Source: Spirulina sp.
GTDB lineage: Bacteria > Cyanobacteriota > Cyanobacteriia > Phormidesmidales > Phormidesmidaceae
DNA: 64,000 nt
Assembly (NCBI GenBank): GCA_044070495.1
Contig: JBIPSI010000001.1
Location: 128,001-192,000 of the forward strand
Reading direction: 5' to 3'
Each line of letters opens with the position of its first letter. Positions within the stretch are counted from its first letter, which is position 1. Below are positions 40,196-49,200 of this stretch, one piece after another. Below the pieces are notes generated by a model. That model ran no database searches. It worked only from the letters and a program-made list of their open reading frames with translations, and was not told the origin of the DNA. A program made the translations under genes and the position numbers.

Positions 40196-40238
40196 ACTAC
40201 CGCTGAGAAGTGGGTCTCTGTACTTGGTGGCCCCATTG

Positions 40239-40410
40239 TGAAGATCCCCCCTAGCCCCCCTTAGTAAGGGGGGAACTGGATTAAACGTTCCCCCTTTCCA
40301 CGGAGTAACCAGCGTCAAAGTCCCCCTTTTTAAGGGGGATTTAGGGGGATCTCCAAGGACGCTTCATAACCAAAGTCCCCCTTTTTAAGGGGGGTTCGGG
40401 GGGATCTTCA
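40239..40410. repeat. Cluster of REP/SDR-like palindromes (CCCCCTTTTTAAGGGGG) with 13-bp inverted ends
   Basis: TGAAGATCCCCCC...GGGGGGATCTTCA termini; CAAAGTCCCCCTTTTTAAGGGGG at 40316 and 40371. Confidence 0.85.
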
Positions 40411-40589
40411 GGGGCTGCGGATCCATCTGAGTTCTGTGTACACGGTAGCTCCCTGGGGAGGGTCGCCGCCGAGTCGTCGTCAGGGGTTTTCCCCTGGTTC
40501 GTGTTCATTGGGTCGGTAGCGGTTTATTCTAGGTAAATTGTTCCCCTGCACCACTTCCCCGGCGCACCCTACGCAGTAACGTATTTGCA

Positions 40590-41642
40590 ATGTTTGGCCT
40601 AATCGGACATCTCACTAGCCTCGACCATGCCCAAGCCGTCGCCCGTGATCTGGGATACCCAGAATACGCAGACCAGGGAATAGACTTTTGGTGTAGCGCA
40701 CCGCCGCAAATTGTAGATACCATCAAAGTCACTAGCGCCACGGGGCAGCAGATTGAAGGGAAATACGTAGAGTCCTGCTTTCTGCCGGAGATGTTAGCCT
40801 CCCGGCGGATCAAAGCGGCCACTCGCAAAATTATCAACGCCATGGCCCACGCCCAAAAGCACGGTATCGACATCACGGCCCTGGGTGGGTTTTCCTCGAT
40901 TATTTTTGAAAATTTCAACCTCAGCCAAATTCAGCAGGTACGCAACGTCACCCTAGAGTTTGAGCGCTTTACCACGGGCAACACCCACACCGCCTACATT
41001 ATTTGCCAGCAGGTCAAAGCGGCCTCGGCCATGCTGGGCATTAACCTGTCGGATGCCACCGTGGCGGTCTGTGGAGCCACCGGAGACATTGGCAGTGCGG
41101 TGTGCCGCTGGCTGAATGCCCGCACCGACATTAAGGATTTACTGTTAGTGGCCCGCAACCAAGAGCGCCTGCAAAACCTCCAAGAGGAACTGGGACGCGG
41201 TATGCCGATGGCCATGGATGCGGCCCTGCCCAAGGCGGATATTGTGGTGTGGGTAGCCAGTCTGCCCAAGGGCGTCACCGTGGATCCCACCACCCTGAAA
41301 CAGCCCTGCCTGATGATCGATGGCGGCTATCCCAAAAACCTGGATCAGCAGTTCAGCTTCGAGGGCGTCCACGTCCTCAAGGGTGGCATCGTCGAGCATT
41401 CCCTCGACATCGATTGGCGAATTATGAACATCGTCAACATGGATGTGCCTGCCCGCCAGCTCTTTGCCTGCTTTGCCGAGGCCATGCTGCTGGAGTTTGA
41501 GAAGTGGTACACCAATTTTTCCTGGGGCCGCAACCAAATCACCCTGGAAAAAATGGATTTGATCGGGCAGGCGTCGGTCAAGCACGGCTTCCGGCCTCTG
41601 CTGGATCTCAACCGCCAGCCCCTCACCGCCAAAGCCTCCTAG
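40590..41642 (+). CDS. aar: Long-chain acyl-ACP reductase
   Basis: [42 protein letters not shown]; downstream of ado. Confidence 0.96.
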   Translation: MFGLIGHLTSLDHAQAVARDLGYPEYADQGIDFWCSAPPQIVDTIKVTSATGQQIEGKYVESCFLPEMLASRRIKAATRKIINAMAHAQKHGIDITALGGFSSIIFENFNLSQIQQVRNVTLEFERFTTGNTHTAYIICQQVKAASAMLGINLSDATVAVCGATGDIGSAVCRWLNARTDIKDLLLVARNQERLQNLQEELGRGMPMAMDAALPKADIVVWVASLPKGVTVDPTTLKQPCLMIDGGYPKNLDQQFSFEGVHVLKGGIVEHSLDIDWRIMNIVNMDVPARQLFACFAEAMLLEFEKWYTNFSWGRNQITLEKMDLIGQASVKHGFRPLLDLNRQPLTAKAS

Positions 41643-41643
41643 C

Positions 41644-42609
41644 GTGATGCCCCTAACGCCCCTTACCCGCCCGCAAGACCTGGGTTCAGTGGTGGCCACC
41701 ATGGGGCAACTGGCCAGGGAAGCCAACCGCTACCCCGCCGGATCCCTGGATGGTCGATCTTTAGCGGATCGCGACCCGGATAAAATCGACCAGATGCTCC
41801 CCTTTTTTGACTGGGTGTATCACCACTACTTCCGGGTCAAAGCCGATGGCTGGGAGCACATCCCTGCCCAGGGGCCAGTGCTGATCGTGGGTTCCCACAA
41901 TGGCGGACTAGCCGCGCCCGACACCCAAATGATGACCTACGACTGGCTGCGCCGCTTCGGTAGCCAGCGTCCGGCCTATGCCGTCATGGATCCCAGGGTG
42001 TGGCAAGTGTTTCCCATCCTGGGGCGCATGGGAGCCTGGATGGGCTGCCTACGGGCCGACTCCCCTGCCGCCGTCCGTGCCCTGCGGCGGCGGGCTTCGC
42101 TGCTGGTCTACCCCGGCGGAGCACGAGACGTATTTCGGCCCCACCACCTACGTAACCAGATTTGTTTTTTCGGCCAAAAGGGCTTCATCAAACTCGCCCT
42201 GCGCGAGGAAGTTCCCATTGTGCCCGCCATTTCCTACGGTGCCCACGACACCCTCTGGGTGCTGGAGGACTTCTACGACCTCGCCGATACCTGGCGACGG
42301 AAACAGGGCTGGGACTGGCCCCTGAATCTGGATCCCGGCACCCTGCCCCTCTACCTCGGCTGGCCCTGGGGTATTGCCTTTGGCCCCCTGCCCAATTTTC
42401 CTTGGCCCGTGCAGCTCCACACCCGCGTTTGCCCACCCATCACCTTCCCCCGCTACGGCCTCGCCGCCGCCCAAGATGATGCCTACGTAGACGCCTGCTA
42501 CGAGCAAGTCCGTAAAACGATGCAGCAGTCCCTCGACCAACTCTTCGCCCTCTACGAACCCCCAATAACCAATAACCAACAACCAGCCCCCGTAGATCCA
42601 GAACTATGA
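41644..42609 (+). CDS. DGAT2/PlsC-like acyltransferase (Slr2103-like)
   Basis: VGSHNGGLAAPD, LVYPGG, KGFIKLAL..VPIVP. Confidence 0.8.
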   Translation: MMPLTPLTRPQDLGSVVATMGQLAREANRYPAGSLDGRSLADRDPDKIDQMLPFFDWVYHHYFRVKADGWEHIPAQGPVLIVGSHNGGLAAPDTQMMTYDWLRRFGSQRPAYAVMDPRVWQVFPILGRMGAWMGCLRADSPAAVRALRRRASLLVYPGGARDVFRPHHLRNQICFFGQKGFIKLALREEVPIVPAISYGAHDTLWVLEDFYDLADTWRRKQGWDWPLNLDPGTLPLYLGWPWGIAFGPLPNFPWPVQLHTRVCPPITFPRYGLAAAQDDAYVDACYEQVRKTMQQSLDQLFALYEPPITNNQQPAPVDPEL

Positions 42610-43511
42610 GTAACCCTGTTCTCCCCGCCGCCGCCGCTAGCCTCACGGAATCGACCTCCATCGCCATGGCCACCGCCATTCAGTCCGTAGAGATTCAAAC
42701 CTCCCTGGCCGCTGCCCCCATCCCCACCGCCTATGCCATGGCTGGCGGCGGAGATGAACCCATCCTGCTAATCCACGGCTTCGACAGTTCTCAACTGGAG
42801 TTTCGGCGGTTGTGGCCCTTACTAGCTCAGCATCGGCAAACCTGGGCCATAGACTTGCTGGGCTTTGGCTTTAGCGACCGCGCCCAATGTCCCCAATTGT
42901 CCCCAGCGGCAATTAAGCAGCACCTACATGCCTTCTGGCAGCAGCAAATCCAGCGGCCTATGGTGCTGGTGGGGGCCTCCATGGGCGGAGCCGCCGCCAT
43001 TGACTTTGCCCTCACCTATCCGGAGGCCGTGGCGTCCCTAGTCCTCATCGACAGTGCTGGGTTTGCCGCTGGCCCCGCCATGGGAAACCTCATGGTGCCG
43101 CCCTTGGATAGCCTTGCGACGGGTTTTTTGCGGAGTGCCTGGGTGCGTCGCAGTATCAGCAAATCCGCTTATTTTGATAAATCCTTCGTTACCCCCGACG
43201 CCGAACTCTGCGCCGCCCTGCACCTAGATTGCCCCCGCTGGAAGGAAGCCCTGATCGCCTTCACCAAAAGCGGCGGCTACAACTTCCTCGACGACAAAAT
43301 TGCCAATATTACCCAGCCCACCCTAGTGATCTGGGGCAAGCAGGATCGCATTCTGGGGACTCGCGACGCCGAACGCTTCCAGCAGACCATTTCCCAGAGC
43401 CACCTGATGTGGATTGATGACTGCGGCCATGTGCCCCACCTGGAAAAGCCCCAGGATACCGCCACCGCCATCCAAACCTTCCTAGCCCGCCTTTGCCCCA
43501 CCAAGGCCTAG
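42606..43511 (+). CDS. Alpha/beta fold hydrolase
   Basis: LIHGFDSS, GASMGG nucleophile elbow, WGKQD, CGHVPH. Confidence 0.9.
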   Translation: MSNPVLPAAAASLTESTSIAMATAIQSVEIQTSLAAAPIPTAYAMAGGGDEPILLIHGFDSSQLEFRRLWPLLAQHRQTWAIDLLGFGFSDRAQCPQLSPAAIKQHLHAFWQQQIQRPMVLVGASMGGAAAIDFALTYPEAVASLVLIDSAGFAAGPAMGNLMVPPLDSLATGFLRSAWVRRSISKSAYFDKSFVTPDAELCAALHLDCPRWKEALIAFTKSGGYNFLDDKIANITQPTLVIWGKQDRILGTRDAERFQQTISQSHLMWIDDCGHVPHLEKPQDTATAIQTFLARLCPTKA

Positions 43512-43655
43512 GGTTTACGCTTGGCTTACTCTGTTCGCCGACATCAGCGCCGCAGACCGCATCGAACCTTGAACTAGGGTTAGGGTAGCAGTGACCACAA
43601 CGGTTTCCCAAAAACCGTATCGGAGGAAGACCCCCACGTTTCTCGCTCCAAAGCC

Positions 43656-45320
43656 ATGACCATTCCCACAGATCGGACGGCGTTATACCAACTGCTTCTG
43701 GCTCTGCCGACCCCTCAGTTTGAAGCGCTGCTGTTTGACCTCAACCCGCCTAAGGGTAATATTTCGCCTCCCACCGCTCCCCGAGGGCAACGGGTGCCAG
43801 AATTGTTGGACTGGTTGGAAAGCCCCATTGGCCCCGGACTAGAGGCATTGAGAACCGCCGTAGAGCAGGTGGTCGTCGGTCACGAAAAAGGTAGCCGTGA
43901 CAAGCTCCCGGATCCACTGATCCCACAGAATCAAGGGACACCCGATTCGTCACCACGGGATGACAACGCACAAGATAACGATCCCCTCCCTCTCCCCAAG
44001 CGTCTGTTTCCCCTGCGCTTCAGTAAGACACTGATGATTTTGGCCCTGGTCAGTGGCTTTGGGGCGGCCTCCTTGGTGTCGGTCGTGCGCTTTTGGGGAG
44101 CCTTTGAACGGCTGGAACTGATGGCCTACGACCATGTGCTAACGGTAAGACCAGCGGAGCCCGTCAGTGATCGCATTATCGTCCTAGAAGCGAACCGAGC
44201 GGTGGTAGACGCTGAGCAAGCCAAAGAACCCAAAAATCTGGCAGAGACCCTATCCGATGCCACCCTCACCGCTGCCATTCAAAAACTCCAGGACTATGGC
44301 ACCAGCGTGATTGGCTTGGACTGGTATCTGCCCGCTGATCTCAGCCAGTGGTCGGCATCGGTTTTACCAGTCTTTCAGGCCTCTGATCCCGCAGGTCAAC
44401 GCTCGGCTATCTATGGCCTATGCCTCCAGCCCTACCAGGGGCGCACGGGGGAAGAAAATGCGGTACCCGCTCCCCATCCCCAGGCCATCCCCCCGGAGCG
44501 TGTGGGGTTTAGCAACTTTGCGACCGATGGCGATACCGTTCTGCGCCGACACCTGGTCAGCAATGGCCTAGGCGACACGGTTACCGCACCGCCCTGCCCC
44601 TCTACCCAAGCCTTTAGCACCCTCATTGCCCTACGGTACTTGGACGTCAACCATCCCGACCTTGGCCCCTTCCTTCCGCCAGACCTGTCAACCCCTTCAA
44701 CCTTGCGCCGCCAATCCACCCTCGGCCCCACAACCCTGGAGGGGCCGTACACCTATATTTATGGCGGCTACCAAAACCTAGACCCTGCGGCCTTGGAAAT
44801 CATGATCAACTACCGAGAACCGCCAGGGAATAATCTACGCGCCGCCTTTACCCATAAATCCCTCTACGACTTGCTAGAGAATCGGCTAGACCCCGCTGCC
44901 TTTCAAGGAAAAGTGGTGCTGCTAGGGCTAACGGACGATACCCGCATTAGCGACCGATTTTTAACCCCCTACGGTGACGAACTCGGCGTCACCCTGCAAG
45001 CCCACATGGTTGACCACCTGATCAGCTTGGCCCTGGGGGAACGACGGCAAATTTGGGTATGGACGAGGGGCGGCGAGTTTGCCTGGATTTTGCTGTGGGG
45101 TGTGATGGGCGGATGGCTGGGCGTTGTCGGGCGCAAACGACCTTGGTGGCTTACCGGATCGCTCGTGGCTGGGGTGTTGGGCATTTATCTAGCCAGTCGT
45201 TTGACGATGGGAGTCCTAGCCCTTTGGTTGCCCATGGTGCCGCCCATGGTGGCCTTCGTGCTGGCCCAAGGCACTGTGGTTTATACTGAGGCCACATTGC
45301 AAAGGAATCGCTCCGAATAG
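43656..45320 (+). CDS. CHASE2-domain membrane sensor with a small N-terminal helical domain and no C-terminal output domain
   Basis: LELMAYD, VIGLD, RVGFSN..DGDTVLRRHL, GKVVLLG, GVTLQAH, three C-terminal TMs. Confidence 0.85.
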   Translation: MTIPTDRTALYQLLLALPTPQFEALLFDLNPPKGNISPPTAPRGQRVPELLDWLESPIGPGLEALRTAVEQVVVGHEKGSRDKLPDPLIPQNQGTPDSSPRDDNAQDNDPLPLPKRLFPLRFSKTLMILALVSGFGAASLVSVVRFWGAFERLELMAYDHVLTVRPAEPVSDRIIVLEANRAVVDAEQAKEPKNLAETLSDATLTAAIQKLQDYGTSVIGLDWYLPADLSQWSASVLPVFQASDPAGQRSAIYGLCLQPYQGRTGEENAVPAPHPQAIPPERVGFSNFATDGDTVLRRHLVSNGLGDTVTAPPCPSTQAFSTLIALRYLDVNHPDLGPFLPPDLSTPSTLRRQSTLGPTTLEGPYTYIYGGYQNLDPAALEIMINYREPPGNNLRAAFTHKSLYDLLENRLDPAAFQGKVVLLGLTDDTRISDRFLTPYGDELGVTLQAHMVDHLISLALGERRQIWVWTRGGEFAWILLWGVMGGWLGVVGRKRPWWLTGSLVAGVLGIYLASRLTMGVLALWLPMVPPMVAFVLAQGTVVYTEATLQRNRSE

Positions 45321-45391
45321 CCTGGAGCCTACATAGGTCAAGCCAGGTCAAGCTAGGCTCCGTTCGATACAGGCCGAGGTGGGTATTAGCG

Positions 45392-46216
45392 ATGGCAAAC
45401 AAGTGGCTAGGACTCCTCATTGTGGCTGTCGGGTGGAGCTTTGTGGATTCCCCTAGCTGGGCCAATTCCCCAGCCTCAGATCCCGTCGCTGATACCATCC
45501 TCTATGCCCAGGGCAACCAGTCCGAGGGTTTTTGGGTACGAACCTGGCAACGGTTGCGGGGTCGCCCTGCCCCCAGCCAAAGAAGCGGTTCCACAGGGCG
45601 CGGTGGGGCCAACCACGACCGCTGCCTCTACACCACCGAAGAACTGCTGGCCCTAGTGCCCACCGCTGCCGATACAGGGCTGCCCTACCTAGAACCCATC
45701 CTCACGGGCTATCCCACCTGGTGGTTTTACGTGCCCTACGCTGGCAACGGTCGCCTCCAGGCCGAATTTGTGTTGATCGATGCCGACGAAACCATTCTTT
45801 ACGAACAGGCCATCACCGTGCCCCCAACCCCCGGAGTGATGCCTGTCTCCTGGCCCGAAACGGAGCCGCCCCTCTCCCCAGGGGAAGCCTACCGCTGGGT
45901 ATTTTCTATCCGCTGCAACCCCGCCAACCGCTCCGGCGATGCCACCGTCAACGGCTGGATCCAACGCGCCACCACCGAAGAGTCTGCCGCCCTCGCCACT
46001 CAGCTTGCCACCGCCCCCAACCCCTACCAAGTTCTCGCGGACTCCTTTTACTGGTTCGATCTTCTAGCTGCTCTCAACACCCTCAAAACCAGCGATCCCC
46101 AGCAGTTCTCGCCCCTGTGGGATGGGTTACTGTGCCAGGTCTATGCCCAGTCCGACCGCCTCGTTATCCCCACCGAAACCTGCCCCGATCTCTCCAGTCT
46201 GCCAGAACAAAACTAA
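45392..46216 (+). CDS. DUF928 domain protein
   Basis: LLALVP, PTWWFYVPY, YRWVFSIRC, VNGWIQR, YWFDLL. Confidence 0.85.
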   Translation: MANKWLGLLIVAVGWSFVDSPSWANSPASDPVADTILYAQGNQSEGFWVRTWQRLRGRPAPSQRSGSTGRGGANHDRCLYTTEELLALVPTAADTGLPYLEPILTGYPTWWFYVPYAGNGRLQAEFVLIDADETILYEQAITVPPTPGVMPVSWPETEPPLSPGEAYRWVFSIRCNPANRSGDATVNGWIQRATTEESAALATQLATAPNPYQVLADSFYWFDLLAALNTLKTSDPQQFSPLWDGLLCQVYAQSDRLVIPTETCPDLSSLPEQN

Positions 46217-46260
46217 TTCCCGTCCTTGGCTAACCTTGTCCCCTCTGCCCATCTCCAGCC

Positions 46261-49200
46261 ATGCCCCAGCCCCCAGAAAATCTCCAACACCGCCAACTCC
46301 AGCGATGGCTCAAGCCCTTTGGTATGGTCTCGCTCTTGGCCAGCAGCTACCTACTCACCCAGGCGGCCCAAGCCTTCGAGCCATTCCCACGGAGGGAGAT
46401 GCAATCCCACCTGCAAACGGGATTGGTCCAACTCCGCCAAACCCGCGTTCAACCCCTTGCATTGATCTCAGAAAGCCACCCCAATCCAGTCCTTTCTGAG
46501 GGCCTGGAAGGGCGAAATCTAGCCAAAGATATGGCTTTGTTAAGCCAGAACCCGCCAGATTCCCCAGCGGTTGAAGACCCTGAAGCTACTGAGCCGCCTT
46601 CCGAGCCTCAAGTATTGGTCGCTGAGGTAGTTGTAGAATCCCTAAGCGGTGAACTTCCTGCTGAGCTTAGAGATCTAATCTATGAGACTGTGCAGACCAG
46701 GGCAGGAAACACCACATCCCGCAGCCAACTTCAGCTAGACATTAACAATATTTTTACAACGGGCTTTTTTTCTGATGTCGATGCCCGCCCAGAAGATACA
46801 GATCTGGGTGTACGAGTTACGTTCATCGTACGGCCTAACCCCGTTCTCACCGATGTTCAGATCGTGGGAAATCAGGTGCTACCTTTAGCCATCGTTAATC
46901 AAATTTTTGCGAGTCAAAAGAATCGAATAATTAACCTACTTGATTTTCAAGATGGCATTGAATCTATTAATCAGTGGTATCAAGATAATGGTTATATCTT
47001 AGCTAAGATCATTGAGAATCCAAGGGTCTCCGACCAAGGAGTAGTTACTGTAGAAGTCACCGAAGGCGTGATTGAAGCCATTGAAGTACGGTTTGTGGAT
47101 GAGAACGGAAATACTACTAATGAGCAAGGCCAACCTATTCAAGGCAAAACTCAAGAGTATGTGATTTTGCGGGAGTTTCAAAGTCGTCCAGGTCATGTGT
47201 TTCAAGAATCTCGCATTGAGAGCGACTTTCAGAGGGTAAGAAATCTAGGGTTCTTAGGTAGAGTCACTCCTGGATTAGAGCCTAGTGAAGTTGACCCTCG
47301 CCAGATCAGGGTTATTATTAATATTAATGAGATTAAAAATAATTCGTTTTCAGCAGGGGCGGGAAGAAATTTTTCTGGCAATATTTTTCTTTCCGGCGGT
47401 TACAGCAACAAAAATCTTCTAGGACGAGGGCAAACACTAGCTTTCGAGACAGAGGTTGGCATTTCCGAAACAAAGCTTACTGCATCATTGAACAGTCCTG
47501 GCACTCTGGATAAATCACTTGCTACGCCTTCGGAATTAAATGGCGCAGTTAATGCTGTTAACATAGCCGTTAGTCGGATGAGAGAGCAACCTCTAGATAA
47601 GGAAAGACGCTTAGAGGCCATCGATAAAATGAAAAAGCTACACCGTCTTTCTCAAGCTACGAATAATAAATCTTTAGAGATATTAGTTCTGAACAATTTA
47701 ACCAACTTGTATTTGCGTGATAATGTTATTGACTTTCTTAAGACCTCTGACGAGGCGCTAGAGCTAATTAACAGGATTGAGAGTCCGGCTTTGGAAACGT
47801 ACTTTTTACTTCGTCAAGTCAAAGCCTATAGAGCCTTAAGTAAGCCTCAACGAGCATTGGATAACTATACTCAAGCACTGGAAAAGATCAACAAACTTCA
47901 AAAGAATGTTAATCTATCCAACTGGCTCGGCGAAGATATGTTTGACGCCTTGTCGGACGAATGGCATCTTAGAAGTCAAGAAGATTCGTTCTCTGACAAG
48001 GACATTGCTCAAGCGCTCAATCTAGTTAAATTGGGTATTTTATTGGACACAACTTTTACTTATAGTGTTCTCGGGGATTACCAAGCTGGGCTCTATATGG
48101 CCAGCTCGAATGAGTTTTCAAATACAACAAATTCATTGTTAGATTACATTAACAATTTTTTGAATAGCAATCTAATAAAATTGACATCAGTTGTCGGATC
48201 AAATGAGCCTAATAACGAAAAAGATGGCGATTTGGTTGAAGCATTCTTTTTCAATTTTTGGTTAGTCGAAGCCAAGAAAACTTATCAGGTTTTTCTCAGT
48301 AATATACCAGAAATTTACAAGAGAAAAACCCTCTCTATTCTCTTCTCTGATCTTGATGAGCTTGAATCAAGAGCTATTCAGGAGGCTCGAATTAAAGACA
48401 TGAGTATCTCTCCCAGGAAACAAATAAACCTGCTTTTGTACCGCTCAATGGAATTCCTGTCTAGTCCTGATTATCTTAGTAGCGACGGATTCTTGAGTGG
48501 ATTTGGTGCAGATTTTATGGGGCCTGTTTTGCTTGAGATCCAACCGCTTATCCCAGAGGCATTTGATCTTGAAACTCAGATGTGGAATGCAGAAAAACTA
48601 GAGGCTATCATCAATATTTCAAAAGACTCTCTAATTCAGCATTTTTCTGAATCGGGAGACCAGCAAACAATTACGCTAGTCAATCAGTTCAGCGGTCTGA
48701 TTGATTTTTTTGTACAAAGCTTTGTATCCGGGTCTCGTTTTGAGAAGGATAGCCCTGAGTATTATCAGTACAGGGTAGAACTTGCTCAGACTGCTTTAAG
48801 GGACTGGCAGGGCCAAAATAGTATCAGTCGGGAGTTTGATTGGACTAAAGGATTTATTCTGAAATCTCAGGGTGATGCTCACTATCGGCTTGGCGACTAT
48901 GAAACAGCGGCTTCTGTTTATGAAAGTGCTATTCCATTCTTGATCAAGGCCGAAGAGTTTTATAAAGGAGGATTTAGAAACTCAAATCCTAAAATCCAGA
49001 GCTTCATAGGAGCAGTCAAACATAATGAAAGCTTGTCATGGGCGAATCAACTCATTTTTCAAATACTTTTTTCTCAACGTCTCTCGACTTCCTTAAGCGC
49101 GGCTGATGCCCATCTAGAACTGAAAAAATCAAGTACGGCAAAAGCCCGATATCTTGACGCCTTGGAGCTTAGTGAGAGAGTCATAGCAGAAGAATTTGTC

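Noticed and set aside
42562..42585. CCAATAA-type heptamers at the 3' end of the acyltransferase gene as part of the cas repeat system
   Set aside because: Only about 3 units with no partner arm. It shows the unit also occurs as a generic genomic STRR, which tempers the main finding.
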